The position numbers and the translations under genes were made by a program. A stretch of DNA of 32,000 nucleotides from Legionellales bacterium (GTDB lineage Bacteria; Pseudomonadota; Gammaproteobacteria; Berkiellales; Berkiellaceae). Under the pieces are notes generated by a model that was given only the letters and a program-made list of their open reading frames with translations, was not told the DNA's origin and made no database searches. How positions within the stretch are numbered: the first letter of the stretch is position 1; each line of letters opens with the position of its first letter. The stretch covers positions 208,216-240,215 of the forward strand of contig PANA01000005.1 of NCBI GenBank assembly GCA_002708265.1, read 5' to 3'. Below, in pieces: positions 18,365 through 26,392 of this stretch.

Positions 18365-19182
18365 TACTCTAAAGACACATGATAGGCGCTGTGTTTACGG
18401 ACATTAAACACCTTGTTGCCAAAGTATAAGTATTGTCCTTTGATGCCTGTTAAGGTTCCTTCTATTGTTGGCAGTTTATCAAGCCCAACAGAGGTAACCT
18501 TTTCAGGGTAGGCCGCCACAGGATAACTCAGATTTGTCTCTGGATCTTCTAATACACTAAAAGCATCTTCACCGAACTTTTCTCTGATTTGTGACAAATT
18601 TTCAGCGACCTTATCTAGTGCTTCTATTTTTATGTCAGCCAAAGTCAAAGGCGTTGGCGCAGATTTTAAAAGTGCTCGCCAATCAGTTTTATCCTTCATA
18701 TGTTGACCAATTGCCACCTCAATCAGACCTGCTATCCGTCTAGACTGTGTTTTGATGATTGGCATGGCTTGAGTGGCACCCTGATCTATCCAGCGAGTTG
18801 GAATTTGAGAATGCCTAGTCAATCCTACTTTAAGGCCGGATGTGTTCGCTAAATAGACATAGTGATCTATCATACAATGCGTATTACCCCACTCTGGCTC
18901 ACGGCATGTCCCTAGATGATAGTGGCACTGCTCTGGCTTAAGGATACACATATCACAACGAGCAAGTCGCTTGAAGCACATAAAACAATACCCTTGGTTA
19001 TAGCTTTTCTTAGTGGCTTTAGCACAGCCTAGACATATAATTTTGCCTTCATAGCTAATTTTAAGAGATTGGCCAATCAATGGATTCAACTCAACAGTTG
19101 CGTCTCCTATTCTTAAACCATAGGAAACCGGCTCACTCAATGTAGCTGACATTTTTTCAAGTGACCCAGACAATTTTGGCAT
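18361..19182 (-). CDS. DUF2797-like protein (Cys-rich zinc-ribbon-like N-terminal half)
   Basis: The 273-aa ORF carries a cysteine pattern (CLGC...CFMCFKRLARCDMCILKPEQCHYHLGTC) followed by YVYLANTSGLKVGLTR. I recognise this as the DUF2797 family from memory, so an HMM search is needed to confirm. Confidence 0.65.
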   Translation of the reverse strand: MPKLSGSLEKMSATLSEPVSYGLRIGDATVELNPLIGQSLKISYEGKIICLGCAKATKKSYNQGYCFMCFKRLARCDMCILKPEQCHYHLGTCREPEWGNTHCMIDHYVYLANTSGLKVGLTRHSQIPTRWIDQGATQAMPIIKTQSRRIAGLIEVAIGQHMKDKTDWRALLKSAPTPLTLADIKIEALDKVAENLSQIREKFGEDAFSVLEDPETNLSYPVAAYPEKVTSVGLDKLPTIEGTLTGIKGQYLYFGNKVFNVRKHSAYHVSLEY

Positions 19183-19312
19183 GATTTTCTCCTATAAATG
19201 CATTGCAACACTGTTGTTCTTTGCATCAAGACTCATTTAGGTTTACTCTTCCCATCTGTTTTACCGGAGCGTATTCTGAAGGTGTTGAGGTTTAAAGGCT
19301 GGCTGATTTTAT

Positions 19313-19945
19313 ATGCCCAAACAAAAGTTACTTGATGCATTGTATCAACAAAAACGAATCTATCATCAACCGATAGTTTCTCAAGTATATCGTTCTCGAT
19401 TGCATTATTTAATCCAAAAAGCGGATATCCAGCCGGGTATGACGGTACTAGATATCGGCTTTGAACACGGTATATTACTGGCCAAGCTCGCACAGCAACA
19501 TGAAAATTCACTGTTGTATGGTATAGAACTCGCCAAAAGCCAATACGCTCAGACGCAGTTGAATTTTAACAAATATGGCTTATCAGCGGTACATCTGCTG
19601 CAGGGCGATATCCTTGAGTATGACTTTGAGGGGCAGCAATTCGACAGGATTGTTGCAACATCTGTCTTTGAACATGTTCAAAACTTAGACAAATTAGCGC
19701 AAAAGTTACCGTTTTTACTAGCGCCGGGGGGACAACTCACCGTATTATCCCCGAACGAGCGCTGGCATTATGAATTGGCCAGAAAGGTTTTTGGCTATAA
19801 AAAGCCTGCTGATCATTATCACTTTTGTGATGATATAACCCGAACTGTTGAAAAATACCTTCCATTAATCAACAGTTCATATTATCCGTGGTGGGCAAGA
19901 CTCTATAAAATAGATGTTTTTGCCTCATCGCAACACAATAAGTAA
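19313..19945 (+). CDS. class I SAM-dependent methyltransferase-like protein with a degenerate motif I
   Basis: The layout is Methyltransf_11/23-like: VLDIGFEHGILLAKLA (motif I region), LLQGDILEYDF, FDRIVATSVFEHV and LAPGGQL. The usual GxGxG is replaced by GFEHG. Confidence 0.65.
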   Translation: MPKQKLLDALYQQKRIYHQPIVSQVYRSRLHYLIQKADIQPGMTVLDIGFEHGILLAKLAQQHENSLLYGIELAKSQYAQTQLNFNKYGLSAVHLLQGDILEYDFEGQQFDRIVATSVFEHVQNLDKLAQKLPFLLAPGGQLTVLSPNERWHYELARKVFGYKKPADHYHFCDDITRTVEKYLPLINSSYYPWWARLYKIDVFASSQHNK

Positions 19946-19960
19946 GATTGCTTTTAAGAA

Positions 19961-19981
19961 TAATGTCTATACAGGACATTA
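19961..19981. promoter_or_regulatory. 7-bp inverted repeat (TAATGTC-N7-GACATTA) upstream of the Tus-like gene; possible operator
   Basis: A perfect palindromic pair lies 27 nt upstream of the preferred ATG (20008). The stem is AT-rich and has no trailing U-tract, so it is not a typical intrinsic terminator for the methyltransferase gene. Confidence 0.2.
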
Positions 19982-20007
19982 GGCAATCAAATAGAGGAGT
20001 GTCGGGA

Positions 20008-20901
20008 ATGGAAGCCCCTTTACGTATTGAAGTACTTGAAACTTTTCAGCACCTTTTAGATTGCTTATCGGACTTGCAACAAGCCATGAAAGCCGAAGAG
20101 AATTTAATGGCTTGGGTTCAAGGCACACCTACTACTCCTCTAGACAGCCGCTCGGCTCGTCAATTGGCTTTTAATGCTTATGCGCAGTTGGAATATACTC
20201 CCGATCAAGCGCCTCGTAGTATTTTACTTTGTCCTGGTTTTATAGGCGCATCTGATGAAACGTTAACTGTCGTTGCACAAGTCAATGAAGCAAAACGGTC
20301 TTTCAAGTCTGCCATGATTGCGCTTAGGGCGAATAAATCTAATAACTTAGATCCTGAATTAATTAAGACTTTAGATAAGTTTATTGCTAAACGAGAGGCT
20401 AAACTGGCTTCAGCATTAAGAACAATGGGAATGGCACGCCTTCATTTGAAGCAATGTTATCGATTAATTCCCATATTAGACCGCACGCCTGATAAGTTAA
20501 GTTGGACATGGGCAAACACACGTGCCATCAAACGTATTACTGTGCAGCAAGCCATTGACCGCCTTAGTAAGCGTCGAAGCAATCCGAGTATTGATTTTCA
20601 GCTTCAAAAATTAGCCAGTTTAAGCCCCAGCGAGCCACTAGCAATCGTTCAAGACCTTGCGCCTCACCTTAGAGTTAATGTTGCTTACACAGCGGCGGAA
20701 GGCGCACAAGAGCGTGTCATGGTTAAAGGTCCTATCCCTATTTTTTTTAAAGCAGATACAGGCACCCCTATTCCAAGCTTCAGTCCGCCATCGGAAAAGA
20801 GAGGACGAGACACTTCTCGCCCCCAACGCTCTGATGTCAAAATAGATCCAGAACCCTTTTTACCAGCGATTCGGGCACATCGATACCGAGAAAAGTGCTA
20901 A
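20008..20901 (+). CDS. Tus-like protein (putative DNA replication terminus site-binding protein family)
   Basis: By-eye alignment with remembered E. coli Tus (309 aa) gives collinear blocks. These are LRIEVLETFQHL / DLVDRLNTTFRQM, LLCPGFIGA / RLPGVLCYQ, VNEAKRSFKSAMI / INKLKTTFEHIV, CYRLIPILDRTPDKLSWTWANTRAIKRI / [27 protein letters not shown], and the C-terminal PAIRAHRY / IPRLHLY. The track start at 19948 is TTG. An ATG at 20008, with a GAGGAG SD 8 nt upstream, gives 297 aa and aligns with the Tus N-terminus. Confidence 0.55.
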   Translation: MEAPLRIEVLETFQHLLDCLSDLQQAMKAEENLMAWVQGTPTTPLDSRSARQLAFNAYAQLEYTPDQAPRSILLCPGFIGASDETLTVVAQVNEAKRSFKSAMIALRANKSNNLDPELIKTLDKFIAKREAKLASALRTMGMARLHLKQCYRLIPILDRTPDKLSWTWANTRAIKRITVQQAIDRLSKRRSNPSIDFQLQKLASLSPSEPLAIVQDLAPHLRVNVAYTAAEGAQERVMVKGPIPIFFKADTGTPIPSFSPPSEKRGRDTSRPQRSDVKIDPEPFLPAIRAHRYREKC

Positions 20902-23780
20902 ACCCTGGCAAGGCGTCCATACTTCCCCACTTCAGAAACCTGTATCTCTAACGTGTCCTCTTCTAGTTGAAGGGGACGTTGAGCACTTTCTTTGGCATGA
21001 GCACTGAAGACACAAAGCTTTAAGGGCAACCAACATTTTCTTTCAGGCTCACGTATAGAACTACCCTTGCTACTGAAAACACGCTCATTTAACTGAGCGG
21101 CTTCATGTGGCGACAGCAACGACATCCAGACCCGTACAAATTCAGCCGCTTCATCAGAACCACTAGAGCAAAGCTCTGTCAGTACAGCAATCGCTTTGTC
21201 ATGTAATTTAAAGTTTGTTAATAAGCGAACACGTTCATCTTCATAGTAATCAGAGATCCCATTAAGGGTCGATAGATATTGTTCACCTAGCAATAATGCG
21301 TATCTAACTTGTAAATGATTAGACAATTGAAAATTAAGGATTTGGATGACGGCTTCTTGACAAAAATGTGGAAGCTCAGGCACTCTGCTATCAAAAACTT
21401 TTCTGAAAAAGTGTCGATATAAACAAGCTAATGTATGTGCAGACTTAACATTAAGCTTTATAGAATTAAATATCTCTAAATACATCTGAAATATTTTAGG
21501 CGTATGATTGTAATAACTTGAAAGCTCTTTTTCAAATACAGCCGCACTAAGCATTGAGTCGACAACATCCATCATCTTCACAAATCGCACCTCATGCTTT
21601 TTGGTATTCATGAGAGTAATTAAGGGCAGTAGTGGTTTGCCCACCCCAAACGGGCTTTCAGGATGTAATATCACTAGCAATGCATTAAAGTCAGCCGTTG
21701 CAAAAGCACGTAGTAACATATCATCTAGCATATCAAGATGCCCAAATTGCCATGCCAATCTTGCAGCCAGCAGTCGGTTATTGTCTTGCTTTAGTGCCAT
21801 CATGCCTATTCTTTGTCGTATATGTACAGCAGGAGTTAATCCGGAAGAACTTTTATCAGGAATGATTGTATATGGTAATGGTTTAGTCTCATCATTATCG
21901 CTGGGTAGCTCTCTGGAAAGAGAATTAAATAAACGGGTTTGAATATTAATACTATCGGGTGCCTGAGTACGATCTTGCCATGTTCTCCACAAACGAATAA
22001 AGGGGACATTTGAGGCATTAAGCGCTTTATTTCGGGCAATAGCTCTATCAAAAATCTCTCTTAAATCATCGATGTCAGGCAAATCCAGAGGAAGAACTGG
22101 TAACCCTTGTAAGACACTAGGAATATCCTGAGTCGCCGTAAAAATGTAGTCATGCGCTAGGGCATATCTGTCCATTTCCAGAAGGTGTAATAGAACAGGC
22201 TCACCATTCAGTGGATTTTCAGAGAAATACCCTTTCATCACTTCAAGCAGGCGCTCTCGTTCAGAGCCCGCATTTATTTCAAACGGTTTTGTATACAATA
22301 AAGGGGCAAGGGCAACATATATCACACCCATCAGTATATTTTGAAACTCTCTTGGTTGCTCTACCGAGTATTCCTTTGCTTGTTCGAATGAAATCCGGGC
22401 GGCGCGACAATATTTTTCTTCTATGTCAATTTGTCTACCGGCTCTAAGAGCTATTGCAAATAACGTGGGATTAGAAAACAGAAGCTCTTGATGTTTCTCA
22501 GGGAGTCTCTCATTTTGAAGCATCCATTCTATTCGAAGATGTTGAGCGGCGAAAAGCAGAAACTTTTGCCCCTTTAACTTAAAGTCATCATTTTTCAAAA
22601 GTGATCTCAAGGAGCGTTCAAATATAAAAGGCTTCCCTGAGCGCACAGCATCTTCAAAAACATCTACTTGAAAGCGTTTTAAATCAAATCGACTGAATTT
22701 GTCGCACAACATGACTTCTGGATAGTCTTCTGAAAGATGTGTCTGTTGAAACCGCGCTTCATCCATTAAAGCCAGCAAATGATAGTAGTTATCTTTTGTG
22801 TCTTTTACATTGTTAAGTCTTTCGATATTTAATACACGTCGACCATCTTGGAGTGTGATAAAGGGATTCGTCACAGATAACCCTTCAAGACAAAGATTTT
22901 CTAGATGCATTTGTATTTCATCATCATAGCCGTCCATAATGACTACCCTGCTCGCTAATCTCTCTTTTAGAGCTTTAGCATCTGAAGGCGCGTACCTTTC
23001 AAAGCTTTTAAAATCCCTTTCTTTTAATGGTTCTAAAGATAAGCTGGTAACAACTTTGATAGATATAGGCACTTGAACAAGACACCGAGGTTCAACGAGG
23101 TCGTTCTCTTTAGCCATAGTCAATGAACGCATTTTCTCTAGTGCTGATAATGACGCATGAACCAAGTCTTCAATTTGTTTTTCAAATATGCTCTCTCTAC
23201 TGCTATGACTAACATATTCAACATACCAATCACCCGCAACATCTAACAACTGAAGCAGTAAAATACACTCACGGACTTCAGGAATGCTATGAAAATCTGA
23301 TTTTTTATCTCTGTGCTGACGGACGCCCTCAAGCCATTTATGCTCAGTGCCTAAAAACAAATGTTTTGCTTTTTCAGAAAAAAAGTTTTGATAATCTTTA
23401 GAGATATTTTTTTGACAAAGATTAGCCAGTGTTTCAAGTAATACATATTCTGGACATACTCTCTCAAGCCCATGCGCCACCATAGAAAAGCAGGCGATTG
23501 ACTCTAACTGACGCGCACTATGTAAGCATAGCTTTAACGTTGATTGTTCATCTTCTATATTAGGGTGAGCATGTTTTCCTTTCTTAGGCGATTTTGGTAA
23601 ATACGGTTGCAGTTCAGTCTTATGTGCTTCAGGCCCTAAATCTTCTATCTGCAGCCCTAACTGTAATAGGAATATTCCTACCATAAGCTCACGAGCAAAG
23701 TATCTATCGCTTTGACAAGCAGATACTAATTCCCTTGCGTTATATTTGATTCTGGTAGAACGAGATCTAAACCTCGGCAT
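20898..23780 (-). CDS. hypothetical 960-aa, predominantly alpha-helical protein; no family recognised
   Basis: An uninterrupted 2.88-kb ORF has an ATG start and an AAGGA SD 8 nt upstream. It lies immediately downstream of the 3' end of tRNA-Pro. Hand-counted GC in five 60-nt lines is 102/300 (34%), against about 46% in seven sampled lines from housekeeping genes. The C-terminal 30 aa contain an acidic block (LQLEEDTLEIQVSEV). Confidence 0.7.
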   Translation of the reverse strand: MPRFRSRSTRIKYNARELVSACQSDRYFARELMVGIFLLQLGLQIEDLGPEAHKTELQPYLPKSPKKGKHAHPNIEDEQSTLKLCLHSARQLESIACFSMVAHGLERVCPEYVLLETLANLCQKNISKDYQNFFSEKAKHLFLGTEHKWLEGVRQHRDKKSDFHSIPEVRECILLLQLLDVAGDWYVEYVSHSSRESIFEKQIEDLVHASLSALEKMRSLTMAKENDLVEPRCLVQVPISIKVVTSLSLEPLKERDFKSFERYAPSDAKALKERLASRVVIMDGYDDEIQMHLENLCLEGLSVTNPFITLQDGRRVLNIERLNNVKDTKDNYYHLLALMDEARFQQTHLSEDYPEVMLCDKFSRFDLKRFQVDVFEDAVRSGKPFIFERSLRSLLKNDDFKLKGQKFLLFAAQHLRIEWMLQNERLPEKHQELLFSNPTLFAIALRAGRQIDIEEKYCRAARISFEQAKEYSVEQPREFQNILMGVIYVALAPLLYTKPFEINAGSERERLLEVMKGYFSENPLNGEPVLLHLLEMDRYALAHDYIFTATQDIPSVLQGLPVLPLDLPDIDDLREIFDRAIARNKALNASNVPFIRLWRTWQDRTQAPDSINIQTRLFNSLSRELPSDNDETKPLPYTIIPDKSSSGLTPAVHIRQRIGMMALKQDNNRLLAARLAWQFGHLDMLDDMLLRAFATADFNALLVILHPESPFGVGKPLLPLITLMNTKKHEVRFVKMMDVVDSMLSAAVFEKELSSYYNHTPKIFQMYLEIFNSIKLNVKSAHTLACLYRHFFRKVFDSRVPELPHFCQEAVIQILNFQLSNHLQVRYALLLGEQYLSTLNGISDYYEDERVRLLTNFKLHDKAIAVLTELCSSGSDEAAEFVRVWMSLLSPHEAAQLNERVFSSKGSSIREPERKCWLPLKLCVFSAHAKESAQRPLQLEEDTLEIQVSEVGKYGRLARV

Positions 23781-23782
23781 AA

Positions 23783-23849
23783 CTTGTTCCTTGTTCGTGT
23801 AAAACGGGACTTAAAGAGAATTGTCTCCTAGCAGGCTCAAAGGAACAAG
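23783..23849 (-). promoter_or_regulatory. putative SD-sequestering hairpin in the leader of the 960-aa gene
   Basis: A perfect 10-nt inverted repeat pairs plus-strand cttgttcctt (23783..23792) with aaggaacaag (23840..23849). On the mRNA strand the 3' arm AAGGAACAAG contains the only SD-like element and ends 2 nt before the ATG. The 3' arm lies within a tandem 7-mer duplication, gaacaag x2 (23783..23796). Confidence 0.3.
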
Positions 23850-23903
23850 CGACGAATAGATATCTAAACCGAGAGGAAATTGAGTTATTTTAATTGCTAA
23901 GAA

Positions 23904-23980
23904 TGGTCGGGGTGAGAGGATTTGAACCTCCGACCACATGCACCCCATGCATGTACGCTACCAGGCTGCGCTACACCCCG
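23904..23980 (-). tRNA. tRNA-Pro (anticodon GGG)
   Basis: The reverse complement reads CGGGGTGTAGCGCAGCCTGGTAGCGTACATGCATGGGGTGCATGTGGTCGGAGGTTCAAATCCTCTCACCCCGACCA. It has a 7-bp acceptor stem, a GCGC/GCGT D-stem and a CATGC/GCATG anticodon stem with loop AT-GGG-GT. The T-arm is GGAGG-TTCAAAT-CCTCT and CCA is encoded. It closely resembles E. coli proL. Confidence 0.92.
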
Positions 23981-24017
23981 TTGAAGCGCACATAGTATCG
24001 AATTTTGCCCTAAATTA

Positions 24018-24341
24018 CTAGAGATCGTCCCCGGAATGCTCTGCTTCAGCTTCACCTTCGAACAGTTCGACTCGATTTTTGAGCTTCTGTCCTGGCTTAT
24101 AGGTGACAACACGACGAGCAGTGATCGGAATTTCTTCCCCCGTTTTGGGGTTACGACCGGGACGCTCGTTTTTATCTCTTAGCTCCCAGTTTCCAAATCC
24201 AGAGATCTTTACGTGAGATCCTTGTTCAAGTGCTTCTCGCATCACTTCAAACAAAGACTCAACCAAAAGTTTAGAATCCCGCTTATCAAGATTCATTTCA
24301 TCGGATAAACGGTCTGATATGTCGGCTTTGGTCAATGCCAT
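24018..24341 (-). CDS. ihfA: integration host factor subunit alpha
   Basis: [41 protein letters not shown] is nearly identical to E. coli IhfA. Its position after pheT is conserved. Confidence 0.93.
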   Translation of the reverse strand: MALTKADISDRLSDEMNLDKRDSKLLVESLFEVMREALEQGSHVKISGFGNWELRDKNERPGRNPKTGEEIPITARRVVTYKPGQKLKNRVELFEGEAEAEHSGDDL

Positions 24342-24346
24342 CGATG

Positions 24347-26383
24347 TTATTCCCTTAACTTGGCTCCAAAATTTTTCTCTAGTAGTTGTACTGCTTCGTT
24401 GATACTAGAATCAACTTCTTCTTCTAACAGCGTGCGTGATATATCCTGCAAAATCAAGCCTATGGCCAGACTTTTCTTGCCTTCTGGTACGCCTTTACCT
24501 TCATACACATCAAATACCCAACAATCTGATAAATCAGAGACAGTGCCTTGCAGTGCATCAATCAAGTCTTGAGCAAGAATATCTTTATTCACCAGCAGAG
24601 CAATATCTCTTCTGGCGCTTGGAAACTTAGAGAGTGTAGGCGCTTTAGGTAACGAGGGGACAGATAGTGCCTTGATATCCATCTCAAACAGATAAATAGG
24701 CCCTTGAAGGTCTAACGGCTTTTGTAAGCTTGGATGCAGTCGCCCTAAGTAACCGATTGTTTTTCCATCAATGGATATTTCCGCACATTGGCCTGGATGC
24801 AAGCTTGGATGTTCAGCTGGTGTATAGCGAACTTTTGAGTCTAATCCGTAGTACTTTAGTAGCTGGCTGCAAGGATGTTTTATGTCATAAAAATCTGGCG
24901 CTTGCTTTGAGTTAGCCCAACTATCCCCTTCTGGATTACCAAACAAAGCCCCTGCAATCACTGATTTTTGATCAATGTTTCCATTGTTCATTTCAAACAC
25001 TTGCCCGACTTCAAAAATTTTCATCCCAGCATATTGTCGGCGTTGATGAAAACCAATCACCGACAGGAGTCCTGGCCAACAACTAAGACGCATGTGGGCT
25101 TTATCTGCGGAGATAGGGTTCAAAAGGGGCACCGCATCATGTTTGGGCAACAGTTTTGACTGAATCTGCGGATCAACAAAGCTATAAGATATAATTTCTT
25201 GGTAGCCAATGTCTGCTAATAGTTGCTTTAACCGATGTTCCTTTACCTGTTTTTCTGGTGCAGGCGGAAAACTCAGCGCTGGTCTTGGTAACTGCGCAGG
25301 AATATTATGATACCCAATTAAGCGCGCAACCTCCTCAATCAAGTCGGCCTCAATCTTCCAATCTTGTCTGGCCAGTGGTGCGGTCACTTCCCAGCCACCT
25401 TCTACCGGCTTACAAGCACCGCCTAAGCGCGTTAAAATATCTTCAATATCAGCTGCCGATACCGTGATACCCAATAGCTTTTCAACACGCGCATGTCTTA
25501 AAAGAATGACTTCCGGTTGAGGTTCAGCGACATCAGTGGCACGGGTTGAGATAGTAGGACCACAAGCGCCTCCACATATCTCTAAAATTAACGCCGTTGC
25601 CATTTCAATTGCCATGATCTGTCTCGCAGGGTGTATTCCCCGCTCAAATCGATAGCTGGATTCTGTATGAAGGTTATATTCTGTGCTTTTGCCCGCAACA
25701 GACTGGGGGGTAAAGTATGCGCTTTCCAATACAACCGTTGTTGTTGCTGATGATACAGAACTACTTTTTCCACCCATAATACCTGCAACTGCCTGGATGG
25801 CATTATCATCTTTAATGACCAGGGTATTCGGACTAAGCTTTTTCTCAGACTCGTCAATAACCGTCAATGTGCCTAATTTATCTAGTAGCGCCACAGTGAT
25901 TGTGTTGGTTAATTTGTCTTTATCAAAAGCATGCATTGGTTGGCCAATAGCAAACATGACGTAATTCAAAACATCCACAATTGGATCAATACTTCTGGCA
26001 CCACAGGCCTCTAATCGGGCTTTTAACCATTCGGGGGTTGGTTTAGTGTTATCAAGGCCGGATAAAACTCTTGATGCATAATGATGACACGCCTTTTTAG
26101 CTTCTATTGAAACCGCTATTTTATCTTCGGTCGTGGGAGGCACAAATGCGACTTCAGGTAATGAAAAAGGTACTTTTGAGAGTGCACCAATCTCCTGAGC
26201 TATCCCCAAAAGACTCGTACAATCCGCACGATTGGGCGTCAAATCGATGTCAATAACAACGTCAGTTCCTACTTCTGAAATGGCATCCACTTCGAGGCCA
26301 GCCATTGTTAACATCTCAGCAATTTTTTCGGGAGATGCGGACACCTCGACCATTTCTTTTAACCAACTGATTGGAAACTTCAT
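24347..26383 (-). CDS. pheT: phenylalanine--tRNA ligase beta subunit, short form lacking the N-terminal tRNA-binding OB domain
   Basis: The sequence is collinear with E. coli PheT (MKF...W......TMAGLEVD; TPNRADC; [12 protein letters not shown]; C-terminal FDVY.G). It is only 678 aa against about 795 aa. The missing segment lies between ...[11 protein letters not shown] and [16 protein letters not shown]. Confidence 0.93.
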   Translation of the reverse strand: MKFPISWLKEMVEVSASPEKIAEMLTMAGLEVDAISEVGTDVVIDIDLTPNRADCTSLLGIAQEIGALSKVPFSLPEVAFVPPTTEDKIAVSIEAKKACHHYASRVLSGLDNTKPTPEWLKARLEACGARSIDPIVDVLNYVMFAIGQPMHAFDKDKLTNTITVALLDKLGTLTVIDESEKKLSPNTLVIKDDNAIQAVAGIMGGKSSSVSSATTTVVLESAYFTPQSVAGKSTEYNLHTESSYRFERGIHPARQIMAIEMATALILEICGGACGPTISTRATDVAEPQPEVILLRHARVEKLLGITVSAADIEDILTRLGGACKPVEGGWEVTAPLARQDWKIEADLIEEVARLIGYHNIPAQLPRPALSFPPAPEKQVKEHRLKQLLADIGYQEIISYSFVDPQIQSKLLPKHDAVPLLNPISADKAHMRLSCWPGLLSVIGFHQRRQYAGMKIFEVGQVFEMNNGNIDQKSVIAGALFGNPEGDSWANSKQAPDFYDIKHPCSQLLKYYGLDSKVRYTPAEHPSLHPGQCAEISIDGKTIGYLGRLHPSLQKPLDLQGPIYLFEMDIKALSVPSLPKAPTLSKFPSARRDIALLVNKDILAQDLIDALQGTVSDLSDCWVFDVYEGKGVPEGKKSLAIGLILQDISRTLLEEEVDSSINEAVQLLEKNFGAKLRE

Positions 26384-26392
26384 TTTTTTCCC

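Noticed and set aside
19233-19511. A 92-aa minus-strand ORF spanning the DUF2797/methyltransferase intergenic region.
   Set aside because: It overlaps the methyltransferase start in antisense and has no SD or motif. The region is better explained as a divergent promoter.
20850-23903. A direct repeat of the tRNA-Pro 3' end (att-like scar) that would delimit a genomic island containing the 960-aa gene.
   Set aside because: I found no second copy of GGATTTGAACC/GGTGAGAGG-type sequence near 20900 or elsewhere in the window. No integrase gene is present either.
23897-24112. A 71-aa minus-strand ORF spanning the tRNA-Pro gene and the ihfA 3' end.
   Set aside because: It overlaps a well-folded tRNA and the out-of-frame end of ihfA, so it is a chance ORF.
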